Assembly: GCA_963818505.1 (NCBI GenBank)
Contig: CAWFSJ010000001.1
Span: forward strand, 667,096 to 731,095
Length of the DNA: 64,000 bases
From: an uncultured Actinomycetota bacterium
Lineage (GTDB): Bacteria; Actinomycetota; Actinomycetes; S36-B12; UBA10799
Direction of reading: 5' to 3'
The stretch's first letter is position 1. Each line of letters opens with the position of its first letter. Both the position numbers and the translations under genes were made by a program. The notes below the pieces were generated by a model. The model was not told the DNA's origin, did not search any database, and was given only the letters and a program-made list of their open reading frames with translations. Shown one piece after another: positions 36,744 to 45,353 of the stretch.

Positions 36744-38471
36744 ATGAGCCACGAGGACCAATCGGCCCCTGACGTTGCGACGTTCGACGACCTCGGACTC
36801 AGCCAGACCCTGCTCAAGACCTTGCACGAGGTCGGCTACGAGAGCCCCTCGCCGATCCAGGCAGCCACCATCCCGCCGCTGCTCGCAGACCGCGACGTCG
36901 TCGGTCTCGCGCAGACCGGGACCGGCAAGACCGCGGCGTTCGCGCTGCCCATCCTCGACCGCCTCGACCTCTCGCAGAAGAAGCCTCAAGCACTTGTGCT
37001 GGCCCCGACTCGGGAATTGGCGCTGCAGGTATGCGAAGCATTCGAGCGTTACGCCGCCGGGCTCCACGGGGTCAAAGTACTGCCTGTTTACGGGGGCCAG
37101 GGCTACGGCGTGCAACTGAGCGCACTGCGACGCGGAGTCCACATCGTTGTGGGCACACCCGGGCGCATCATGGACCACCTGGAGAAGGGCACTCTTGACC
37201 TCACGGAATTGCGCTTCCTGGTCCTCGATGAGGCCGACGAGATGCTCAACATGGGTTTCGCCGAGGACGTCGAGACGATCCTGGCCGACACTCCTGACAG
37301 CAAGAACGTGGCGCTGTTCTCCGCGACCATGCCCGCGCAGATCCGCCGGATGTCGAAGAAGTACCTGCACGACCCCCTCGAGATCACGGTCAAGAACAAA
37401 ACCACGACGTCGGCCAACACGACCCAGCGCTACCTGACCGTCTCCTACCCACAGAAGATCGAGGCGCTCACTCGCATACTCGAGGTCGAGAGCTTCGAAG
37501 CGATGATCGTGTTCGTCCGCACGAAGAACGAGACTGAGACCCTTGCGGAGAAACTGCGAGCGCGCGGCTTCTCCGCGATGGCCATCAACGGCGACGTCCC
37601 ACAGGTGCAACGTGAGCGCACCATCAACCAGCTGAAGTCCGGCAAGCTCGACATCCTGGTGGCGACTGACGTGGCAGCTCGCGGCCTGGACGTCGACAGG
37701 ATCAGCCACGTGGTGAACTACGACATCCCCACCGACACTGAGTCTTACGTCCACCGAATCGGCCGCACGGGCCGAGCCGGGCGCAGCGGGGATGCCATCT
37801 CATTCGTGACCCCGCGCGAGCGCTACCTGCTCAAGTCCATCGAGAAGGCCACGCGGCAGTCGCTGACCCCGATGCAGATGCCCACCACTGAGGACATAAA
37901 CAGCACACGACTGTCGCGGTTCGACGACGCGATCACCCAGGCGCTGTCGTCGGACCAACTCGAGTTCTTCCGCGACGTTGTGTCCCACTACGTCCGCGAG
38001 CACGACGTGCCCGACGCGGATGTCGCTGCGGCGCTGGCCGTGGTCATGCAGGGCGGCGCGCCATTGTTGCTCGAACCCGAGCCCGAACGTCCCGTTCGCA
38101 CAGAACGCAAGCCACGCACGGACTCACAACCCCGCGATCGCGGTCAGGGACCCACCCGCGCCAAGGGCCGTTCGGACTCACCCATGTCCACGTACAGGAT
38201 CGAGGTCGGCCGCCGCCAGAAGGTGGAGCCCCGCCAGATCGTCGGGGCGCTGGCCAACGAGGGCGGCCTGCGCAGCTCCGACTTCGGCCACATCGACATC
38301 CGCCCTGACCACTCTCTGGTCGAACTGCCCTCGGATCTCTCGCCTGACGTGTGGAAGAGGCTGCGAAAGACCCGGATCTCAGGCAAGTTGATCGATCTGA
38401 AGGCCGAAGGCAAGTCAGAGGCGAAGTCCCACGGCAAACCACGCAAACCCAGGAAGGGCAAGCAGGCTTAA
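36744..38471 (+). CDS. deaD: DEAD-box ATP-dependent RNA helicase (DeaD/CsdA type)
   Basis: Q motif, AQTGTGKT, DEAD, SAT and HRIGRTGRAG motifs. C-terminal DbpA-like RNA-binding domain and basic tail. Confidence 0.92.
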   Translation: MSHEDQSAPDVATFDDLGLSQTLLKTLHEVGYESPSPIQAATIPPLLADRDVVGLAQTGTGKTAAFALPILDRLDLSQKKPQALVLAPTRELALQVCEAFERYAAGLHGVKVLPVYGGQGYGVQLSALRRGVHIVVGTPGRIMDHLEKGTLDLTELRFLVLDEADEMLNMGFAEDVETILADTPDSKNVALFSATMPAQIRRMSKKYLHDPLEITVKNKTTTSANTTQRYLTVSYPQKIEALTRILEVESFEAMIVFVRTKNETETLAEKLRARGFSAMAINGDVPQVQRERTINQLKSGKLDILVATDVAARGLDVDRISHVVNYDIPTDTESYVHRIGRTGRAGRSGDAISFVTPRERYLLKSIEKATRQSLTPMQMPTTEDINSTRLSRFDDAITQALSSDQLEFFRDVVSHYVREHDVPDADVAAALAVVMQGGAPLLLEPEPERPVRTERKPRTDSQPRDRGQGPTRAKGRSDSPMSTYRIEVGRRQKVEPRQIVGALANEGGLRSSDFGHIDIRPDHSLVELPSDLSPDVWKRLRKTRISGKLIDLKAEGKSEAKSHGKPRKPRKGKQA

Positions 38472-38722
38472 CCCGCAGCCAGCCGTTCACGCCACGACGC
38501 CGCGCGGGTCGCGTCTGCGGCCTTCTCGCAAATCTGGATCATGACCTCGATCGAGTCGCTGTCCCCGGCTTCGGCCATCGGCAGCGCGACTCGGTAGGCG
38601 CTGACCAGATCCCCTGACATCAGGTGGATCCTCGCGAGATTCAAGCCGCACGCGTCGGGGCCTGTGCACACGACCGGATCCGAACCCATGTACCCAGCGT
38701 AGATCAGGCCGACTTCTGCCAA
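38468..38722 (-). CDS. Hypothetical small protein (84 aa)
   Basis: High third-position GC throughout the frame. TTG start without an SD. The 3' end overlaps the deaD stop codon. Confidence 0.4.
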   Translation of the reverse strand: MAEVGLIYAGYMGSDPVVCTGPDACGLNLARIHLMSGDLVSAYRVALPMAEAGDSDSIEVMIQICEKAADATRAASWRERLAAG

Positions 38723-38739
38723 TCGGGTTAGTTTGTCGT

Positions 38740-39135
38740 ATGGCTCCCGTGCGTGAACTCATCGGCGTGTACCACGCCAATGGCGGGCCGATCGGCGAGG
38801 CGAAGTACGTCATTGGGAAGTTCCTGGGCACAGCCCATTGCGCTTTGTGTGACATCACCCATTCCCCGGTCAGGCGCAAGCCGGCGTGGAAACAGATGGT
38901 TACCAGATTGGGAGTCCCGTTCAGGCTTGTCCACCTCAACGAGATGCCGGCGGACGTGTCCGCAGTCATTGCTGGATGTGGATCACCTGCGGTACTCGTC
39001 CGTAGTGCGGACGGCAGCCTCGCAGCCCTGCTCGGCCCGGATGACCTCGAGACCCTCCACGGTTCGGTGGAGAGTTTCCAGACAGCTCTCAGGCAGGCTC
39101 TCGCTGCACAATCCGGTCGCGCCAATTCCGCGTGA
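38740..39135 (+). CDS. Conserved hypothetical protein (131 aa) with a CALCDITH motif
   Basis: Coding-like composition. YHANGGPIGE..Y..GK......CALCDITH pattern. Confidence 0.6.
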   Translation: MAPVRELIGVYHANGGPIGEAKYVIGKFLGTAHCALCDITHSPVRRKPAWKQMVTRLGVPFRLVHLNEMPADVSAVIAGCGSPAVLVRSADGSLAALLGPDDLETLHGSVESFQTALRQALAAQSGRANSA

Positions 39136-39811
39136 CCTTGGGCGGGCCGATGACGATGTGCGGGTCCGCGTCCGGGTCCAGCCAACGCAACGTGCGTTGC
39201 ATCTGCGTGCGCCCCATAGCCACACAACCGGCTGTGGGCCGGTCGCGATCGACGTGTAAGAAGATGCCACCACCTTTGGACGTGCGCGCCGGCCCCAGGG
39301 CTCGCCGCTCTCCTGTGGAGGGGTCGCGGTAGGTGACATCCGGCAGGTTGTAGCCGATCACCACCGCGAACCGGTACTGACCGCCGTACTCGACAAGTCG
39401 CTCGGACCATTGCCCGTCGGCTCGCCAACGCGCATTCTTGGCGCGCTGGGTCTGCAGCACGTTGTAAGTGCGGGGGTCACGCGGGTCGTAGGGCCAATAT
39501 GAGCGCGGCGTGATCCGGTGATATGGCAGCCGAACCCCAGCTGGCCGACCCAACCCGAACGCCGAAGGCAGCGTGAACACTCCCGCCGGGGTGGTGCCGC
39601 TGTTCTGCAATCGCGTGCGTCGTGGCGCAAAGCCATTGACTCCTGCCCAGACGCGCACTTGCCGACCAACCCGCACCCACGACTCACCCGAACTCTGGAA
39701 TCGGCGCAGCACAGCCTGCTGACTGCGCCATCCGCGCGCGGTCACAACGATCACCTGTCGTACAGGCTCAGGTGGTAACGCCGGGGGCGGCGGAACAGTG
39801 AACGGGAACAC
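39089..39811 (-). CDS. L,D-transpeptidase catalytic-domain (YkuD) family protein
   Basis: GGGIFLHV......TAGCVAM His/Cys catalytic signature. No obvious signal peptide. Confidence 0.75.
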   Translation of the reverse strand: MFPFTVPPPPALPPEPVRQVIVVTARGWRSQQAVLRRFQSSGESWVRVGRQVRVWAGVNGFAPRRTRLQNSGTTPAGVFTLPSAFGLGRPAGVRLPYHRITPRSYWPYDPRDPRTYNVLQTQRAKNARWRADGQWSERLVEYGGQYRFAVVIGYNLPDVTYRDPSTGERRALGPARTSKGGGIFLHVDRDRPTAGCVAMGRTQMQRTLRWLDPDADPHIVIGPPKVTRNWRDRIVQREPA

Positions 39812-39821
39812 GCGCGAATAC

Positions 39822-40637
39822 TCAGCCCGCGGCGGTGGCGGGATCGAGAAGACTCCGCATCTTCTTCTGGATGAACCCGATGGCTTGCTTGGGCGCGATG
39901 CGGATCGCGAGGTTCATCAAGCGCGCGTCCTTGCCGACGAAGATGTACAGCCGATCCTTCTCGATCCCTTCGATCATGATCCGGGCGGCGTCCTGGGCAG
40001 ACGTCATGGGCATGCCGGCCGGCTCATTCGCGGTGGGCATGGCCACCCCAGAGTTCTGGGTGATCTGCGTCTGCACGGCTCCCGGCATGATGACCGACAC
40101 ATTCACCCGTGTGTCGATCAGCTCCGCGTACAGCCCCTCGGTGAGCAACTTGACGGCGGCCTTGCTCGCGCCGTACACACTCTGCCCGGGGAATGGGAAG
40201 AACCCGCCCATGCTGGAGACGTTGGCGATGTGCGCCTCAGGGCGGTCGACCAGTTCAGGAAGGAAGGCCTTCACCATGTGCACTGTGCCCATGAGATTGA
40301 CATCAAGGACCCGGGTTATGTGCTCGTAGTCCAGATCCCCGACCGGAACGAACGGCTGAATGATCCCGGCGTTGTTGATCAGACCGTCAACGCACCCGTG
40401 CGCCTCGACCACAGCGCCCACAAGAGCCTCGACCGAGGTCCGCTCGGTGATGTCCACGACGTGGGTGCTCAGGCGGGCACCAACCGCGGCGAGTTCGGCC
40501 GTCTGCTCCAGCGCCTCGGCCCGGACGTCCACGGCTGCGACCTGACCGCCGGCCCGCAGTAACTGCAGCACCAGTTCCTGACCCATCCCCGCGCCGCCAC
40601 CGGTGACAACCCACACCTTGCCCGCGACCCTCACCAC
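39822..40637 (-). CDS. SDR-family oxidoreductase
   Basis: VTGGGAGMG, NNAG and YGASKAAV motifs. GTG starts at 40643, 40637 and 40634 follow GAGGAGG. Confidence 0.85.
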   Translation of the reverse strand: MVRVAGKVWVVTGGGAGMGQELVLQLLRAGGQVAAVDVRAEALEQTAELAAVGARLSTHVVDITERTSVEALVGAVVEAHGCVDGLINNAGIIQPFVPVGDLDYEHITRVLDVNLMGTVHMVKAFLPELVDRPEAHIANVSSMGGFFPFPGQSVYGASKAAVKLLTEGLYAELIDTRVNVSVIMPGAVQTQITQNSGVAMPTANEPAGMPMTSAQDAARIMIEGIEKDRLYIFVGKDARLMNLAIRIAPKQAIGFIQKKMRSLLDPATAAG

Positions 40638-40678
40638 GACCACCTCCTCGCAACCCCAAGACTATGCCTGTGCTCCTG

Positions 40679-40746
40679 GTTAGAGGTTGTGCTCCTGGTT
40701 AGCGAAACAACGCGTGGATTCGCTAACGAACCGCACAACCTCTAAC
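40679..40746. repeat. Palindromic intergenic element, copy 3 (loop ACAACGCGTGGA, degenerate arm centre)
   Basis: GTTAGAGGTTGTGCTCCTGGTTAGCGAA ... TTCGCTAACGAACCGCACAACCTCTAAC. The extra direct half-site TGTGCTCCTGGTTAG occurs at 40669-40683 and again at 40688-40702. Confidence 0.95.
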
Positions 40747-40767
40747 GCCGTGGGTTAACGGGCAGCT

Positions 40768-41535
40768 TCAGCCAGTCCAACCGCGACTGACCTCATCGGC
40801 CTCTGCCAATCCCTCTCGCACCGACTCCAGACTCATGGTCAGATCGTCCAGGATCTGACCCGCCGGGTCACCCTCGAACGCAGAAGTTCCCATCGCCACC
40901 AGTTCTCCGGTGCGCGAGGCGAGACCCTCCATGTCCAGCGCCGCGGTCTGAGTCCGGGCCAGCAGAGTCTCGCGCAGCCGAGCCAGCCGGGCCAGTGATT
41001 CAGATTGTGCGCTGACTGCGTCCAAGGCCCGCTGGCGTTCGGCACGCAGCTGCGGGTCGACCTCCGCCGTAAGGGCCGCCTGCAACCTGGCGGCCTCCTG
41101 CTGCACCTGGCCAGGCTGGGCGGCTTGCAGCGCGCCATCCACCAGCGTCACCCGCCCGGCGAGTTCCCGCAGAGCCTGCACGACGGTTCCCGCTTCGTCA
41201 TCAACTTGGGCCACCTCAGCACGTAATCCCGGGTCCGCCGGACGGTCGGCCAGTTGGTGTATCTGCTGGGCGGCAACCCTGGCCCGCTGGACGAACTGGC
41301 CCTGAGGGGAGTTGGCAGGGGCTTCCGGCAATCGATCACGGCGTTCTTGCTCAGGCGATCTCGGCGAACGCGACCCGATCGCAACCTTGGTGCCGAGTAC
41401 GACCGCCCCGATCACGGCGCCAACCACGATCGCGGGCGGACCAAGCGGTGCAGCCAGGACCGCCCACCCCAGTCCCCCACTGATTCCGGCCACCAGCCAG
41501 CCCCAAGGGTCCTTCAGTTCGTCGGACACAGCCAC
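40768..41535 (-). CDS. Membrane-anchored coiled-coil protein (XpaC/TelA-like architecture), function unknown
   Basis: Two N-terminal helices (WLVAGISGGLGWAVL, IVVGAVIGAVVLG), then about 190 aa of Ala/Gln/Arg/Leu-rich helical sequence. Lies 25 nt downstream of the vWA gene. Confidence 0.65.
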   Translation of the reverse strand: MAVSDELKDPWGWLVAGISGGLGWAVLAAPLGPPAIVVGAVIGAVVLGTKVAIGSRSPRSPEQERRDRLPEAPANSPQGQFVQRARVAAQQIHQLADRPADPGLRAEVAQVDDEAGTVVQALRELAGRVTLVDGALQAAQPGQVQQEAARLQAALTAEVDPQLRAERQRALDAVSAQSESLARLARLRETLLARTQTAALDMEGLASRTGELVAMGTSAFEGDPAGQILDDLTMSLESVREGLAEADEVSRGWTG

Positions 41536-41560
41536 GATGACAGTCTGCCGCAGAGCCGGA

Positions 41561-43426
41561 TCAGAAGTTCGACAGCACGCTGGTCATGATCTTCTCAATG
41601 CTCGCCGGGTCGGTCGCCTCGTAGTACTTGCCCCGCGATGCTTCCGCGATCGCCACCAGTGCCTCGGTGTCGGCAGACCCGCCGTAACCGATCGTGAATA
41701 CCCGGACCGTGGTGTCCACACTCTCGCCGTTGAGCTGGCGGACCAACCCGTTGAGGTCGGTGTCCGGCGGATACTCGTTGCGACCGTCGCTGAGCAGCAC
41801 GATGGCGTTGATCCGGTCGGTGGGCAGGTCCTTCAGCATCCGTGCCTGCGCCTGTCGCAACGTCGCATACAAACCAGTGCCACCATCGGCCACGAGCCGA
41901 TCGATGTCGCGCTGCATCCTTGGGACCGTGTCCTTCGCAGGACCGATCGGAACCAACTCGGCGAACGGTTCCCCCGTGGGTCCGAGGTCTGTTGAGAAGA
42001 CCCACAAACCGACCTCGTCATCGGGGGCGAACTGTTCCAGAGCGCCGATGGCAGCCTGCTTGGCCAGTGTGATCTTGTCCGTGCCCGCCTCCGGAACAGG
42101 TTCAGCCATCGAGCCCGACACATCGATCACCAGCAGAACGTGAGCCCGCTTGCGCAGCTGGGCCCAACTGTCCTCGATCGCGGCCAGCACCACAGGTGAG
42201 GGCGGTGTGAGCACATTCGTCGCACCGGCAGGGAGCATCCCGTTCTCCTGCGTGATCACTGAGCCCGGCTGGCCCTCGAAGGTGCGGAAGCCGGCATCGG
42301 TGAACGCGGACTGTTGCTCCGGCTGCTGCAGCCAGGCCAAGAAATCGCCAGCCGCCTGCTGCTTGGCAGCGTCCACCCATGGCGCGTCCAGCACGATCCA
42401 CGGGTTGTCGGAGACGAGGGTCCCGTCCTTCGGGTAGAACGCGACCAGTGGGATCCTGGGTTTCGGTTCCTTGCCAGCCTTGGCCGGGTCGCCCGTGGGG
42501 TTGCCCTGGTTGTAGTCCAGTACCGACTTCTCCTCGACGGTCACTGCCGAGACATAGGTCAAACCCTTGCCCGCTGCGGCCTCGTTGGCCATGTTCTCCA
42601 GAAACGTCAAGGTGGTGTCGCCGTAGTGGACCACGGACGACTCAAGTTCCTTGACGAATTCGCGGGTCGCTGGATCGGAGACGTTCTTAAGCGTCAGGTC
42701 GCTGGACAGGCCGGTCGCTGCGAAGTATGAGGCGATGGTGGCGTTGAGCCCCGAGGTTGAGTAATTGGGGTTCGTCTTACCGAGCTTGAACCTTCCCCAT
42801 TCGGGATGGCCGACCTCACCCCAGCCCTTCGGTGATTTCGCCAACGCGGCCAGGTCCGCCCAGCCGATCTGCTCGTCGGGCCATCCCAGCGCCTCGGCCA
42901 TCGGCTTGGGCATTGCGATCACCAGGGGCGTCTGCACCAGCGAAGGCAGTTCGTCGGGCACAGGCGACGGGTTGTCCTGCTGCGCCGAAGTCTGATCGAC
43001 CAGAACCGCCCACGAGGACGACGCGGGGGTCCACACGTCCGGGCGCGGACCGTCAACCTGCTCGTTCCACCCTCGAGCGAGGGCCTGCGCGGCACCACCG
43101 GAGGCCTTGGACACGACCTCCACATCGACGCACTGAACGTCCACTCTGGGATCGGTGGCGTTGTACTCCTGGGACAGGTCAGCGAGCAGTGCGGCCTTCT
43201 CACTGGAGGCCACGACCTGAACCTTCATACAGTCCGCACGGTCACCGGCAGTTGTCGGATCAGCGTCCGCCGTCCCACCAGAGCCCGAAGACCCCCCACC
43301 CAGCAACATCCGCGCGCCGATGATCAGCACCAGGCCGATGACGGCCGCGACGACCAACGGCACGAACGACCGTCTGGCTGTGCTCACGCACACCACCTGC
43401 CCCTCACTCTGGTCTCGACCGTACAT
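41561..43426 (-). CDS. Membrane-anchored solute-binding-domain plus von Willebrand factor A domain protein
   Basis: N-terminal anchor RRSFVPLVVAAVIGLVLIIGA, PBP-like central region, C-terminal vWA domain with MIDAS DVSGSM. Start is ATG 43426 or GTG 43387. Confidence 0.8.
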   Translation of the reverse strand: MYGRDQSEGQVVCVSTARRSFVPLVVAAVIGLVLIIGARMLLGGGSSGSGGTADADPTTAGDRADCMKVQVVASSEKAALLADLSQEYNATDPRVDVQCVDVEVVSKASGGAAQALARGWNEQVDGPRPDVWTPASSSWAVLVDQTSAQQDNPSPVPDELPSLVQTPLVIAMPKPMAEALGWPDEQIGWADLAALAKSPKGWGEVGHPEWGRFKLGKTNPNYSTSGLNATIASYFAATGLSSDLTLKNVSDPATREFVKELESSVVHYGDTTLTFLENMANEAAAGKGLTYVSAVTVEEKSVLDYNQGNPTGDPAKAGKEPKPRIPLVAFYPKDGTLVSDNPWIVLDAPWVDAAKQQAAGDFLAWLQQPEQQSAFTDAGFRTFEGQPGSVITQENGMLPAGATNVLTPPSPVVLAAIEDSWAQLRKRAHVLLVIDVSGSMAEPVPEAGTDKITLAKQAAIGALEQFAPDDEVGLWVFSTDLGPTGEPFAELVPIGPAKDTVPRMQRDIDRLVADGGTGLYATLRQAQARMLKDLPTDRINAIVLLSDGRNEYPPDTDLNGLVRQLNGESVDTTVRVFTIGYGGSADTEALVAIAEASRGKYYEATDPASIEKIMTSVLSNF

Positions 43427-43519
43427 CTTGGCTCGGACAAACCCCTGCGAACAGCGAGAAGACAGCCAGCCACCAAAGCGACTCGACCCCGCCCGGGTCG
43501 ATGCGGCAGGGTCAGAGGC

Positions 43520-43927
43520 ATGAACTGGACACTGGAAGTGGTTGTCGTGCCGGTCGCAGATGTCGACCGCGCCAAGGAGTTCTACTCGAACGGGCTGGGT
43601 TTCGTCGTGGATCACGACACCGCCATCCCTGATATGGGTCGCATCGTGCAACTCACGCCACCGGGGTCAGGGTGCTCGATCGTGATCGGCACCGGCCTCG
43701 TTCCCGACATGCAACCCGGCTCTCTAAAGGGCCTGCAGCTGGTCGTCCCCGACCTCGAGCAGGCCCGCGCCGAACTTGTCGAACGCGCCGTGGCGGTGAG
43801 TGAGATCAGGACCATGGGCCAGAACCCTCATCCGACCCCCCATCGGCTGGACAACGTCGGATTCATGTTCTTCGACGATCCGGACGGCAATGGCTGGGCG
43901 GTGCAACAGATCTCCAGTCGGGCGTGA
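43520..43927 (+). CDS. VOC/glyoxalase-bleomycin resistance family protein
   Basis: 135 aa. VVPVADVDRAKEFY and DPDGNGW motifs. Confidence 0.85.
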   Translation: MNWTLEVVVVPVADVDRAKEFYSNGLGFVVDHDTAIPDMGRIVQLTPPGSGCSIVIGTGLVPDMQPGSLKGLQLVVPDLEQARAELVERAVAVSEIRTMGQNPHPTPHRLDNVGFMFFDDPDGNGWAVQQISSRA

Positions 43928-43940
43928 ATACGCTCAAGGT

Positions 43941-44732
43941 GTGAGGCCCGACTCTCCCAGCGACCCGACCACGCAGACCATCGACTCCGACGCTTCGGTC
44001 CTGGCCTATACAGAGGAGGGCGCAGGAGAACCCACCCTGATCGCAATCCCTGGACTACCCGGCAGCGTCAGGGACTTCCGCTGGCTGGCGCCAACGCTGA
44101 GTTCACAAATGCGTGTATTGCGCTTCGATCCACCTGGCAATGGCGCCTCACCCAGGGACGGGTTCACCGGGCTCACCTTGGCACAGCGCGCAGAACCGGT
44201 ACTGGCACTCATCGAGCGACTGTGCTCGGGCCCGGTGGTTCTCGCCGGGCACTCCGCAGGGGCAGGCGTTGTCGCACATCTGGCCGCGCGGCGACCCGAA
44301 CTGGTCCGGGCGGCTGTGATGCTGGCCCCCGCCGGTCCAAAGCCACATCTGGCACGCCGCCCGATGCGAGTGTTCGCCGGCGCCTTGGGCCTGCCCGGCG
44401 CTCGCACGGTCGTGGATCCCCTGATCCGCCGCGTATACGCCGCGCAGGGGTTCCCCGGGTATCTCACCGATGACGAACGTGCCTTCGCCATCATCGACGC
44501 ACTCGCCTTCGACTTCGACGACTATCGCGCGGACCTCGCCGGTATGCGTTGCCCGACCCTGGTTGCGTGGGCGCGCGACGACGCGATCATCCCGGCCACC
44601 ACGTTCCAGGCTCTGGAGCAGATGGTGCCTGATGGACCCCGGCTGCGCTTCGACGACGGCGGCCACAGCGTGCAGAAAGCGCACGCTAACGAGATCGGCG
44701 CCGCAATCCTTGCATTGATGCGAGGATTGTGA
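43941..44732 (+). CDS. Alpha/beta hydrolase
   Basis: Nucleophile elbow LAGHSAGAG, C-terminal GGHSVQ. GTG start at 43941 after AAGG. Confidence 0.75.
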   Translation: MRPDSPSDPTTQTIDSDASVLAYTEEGAGEPTLIAIPGLPGSVRDFRWLAPTLSSQMRVLRFDPPGNGASPRDGFTGLTLAQRAEPVLALIERLCSGPVVLAGHSAGAGVVAHLAARRPELVRAAVMLAPAGPKPHLARRPMRVFAGALGLPGARTVVDPLIRRVYAAQGFPGYLTDDERAFAIIDALAFDFDDYRADLAGMRCPTLVAWARDDAIIPATTFQALEQMVPDGPRLRFDDGGHSVQKAHANEIGAAILALMRGL

Positions 44733-45353
44733 TCAGCTCAGCCCTCGTCCGCGAGCCCACTTGGCCAACTCCCGGCGATTGCTCAACTGGAGCTTGCGCA
44801 ACACCGCGGACATGTGGGTTTCCACCGTCTTGACACTCACGAACAGTTCCTCTGCGGTTTCCTTGTAGGTGTATCCGCGAGCGATGAGTCGCATGACGTC
44901 GCGCTCGCGCGCCGTCAGCAGGTCGAGCTCATCGTCGGTCTGCGCAGCTCCTCCGGTGAACGCGTCCAACACAAAACCCGCCAGCCGCGGACTGAATACC
45001 GCTTCACCGGCGGCCACTTGCCGGATGGCCGTGGCCAGGGCATCGGCGGTGATGTCCTTGGTCACATAGCCGCGAGCGCCGAGCCGCACAACACCGATCA
45101 CATCCTCGGAGGCGTCCGAGACCGACAACGCCAGGTACTTGGACGTCCCGCTGACTTGTTCGAGCACACTTTGCGCATTGCCTCCGGGAAGATGCACGTC
45201 AAGCAGAACCACCTCGGGGGTCGTTCGCTGGATCACCGCAACCGCTTGGGAGACATCGGCGGCTTGTCCCACTACCTCGATGTCATCCGGGAGACCGCCA
45301 GCGATCCCAGCCCGCACCATCTCGTGGTCGTCCACGATCACCAGGCGGATCAT
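44733..45353 (-). CDS. NarL/LuxR-family response regulator
   Basis: Receiver domain LVIVDDHEMVR...LLDVHLPG and a LuxR HTH (YKETAEELFVSVKTVETH). Overlaps the kinase gene stop. Confidence 0.9.
   Translation of the reverse strand: MIRLVIVDDHEMVRAGIAGGLPDDIEVVGQAADVSQAVAVIQRTTPEVVLLDVHLPGGNAQSVLEQVSGTSKYLALSVSDASEDVIGVVRLGARGYVTKDITADALATAIRQVAAGEAVFSPRLAGFVLDAFTGGAAQTDDELDLLTARERDVMRLIARGYTYKETAEELFVSVKTVETHMSAVLRKLQLSNRRELAKWARGRGLS

Noticed and set aside
36663-37754. 363-aa minus-strand ORF
   Set aside because: It is antisense to the DEAD-box helicase gene, whose motifs are unambiguous.
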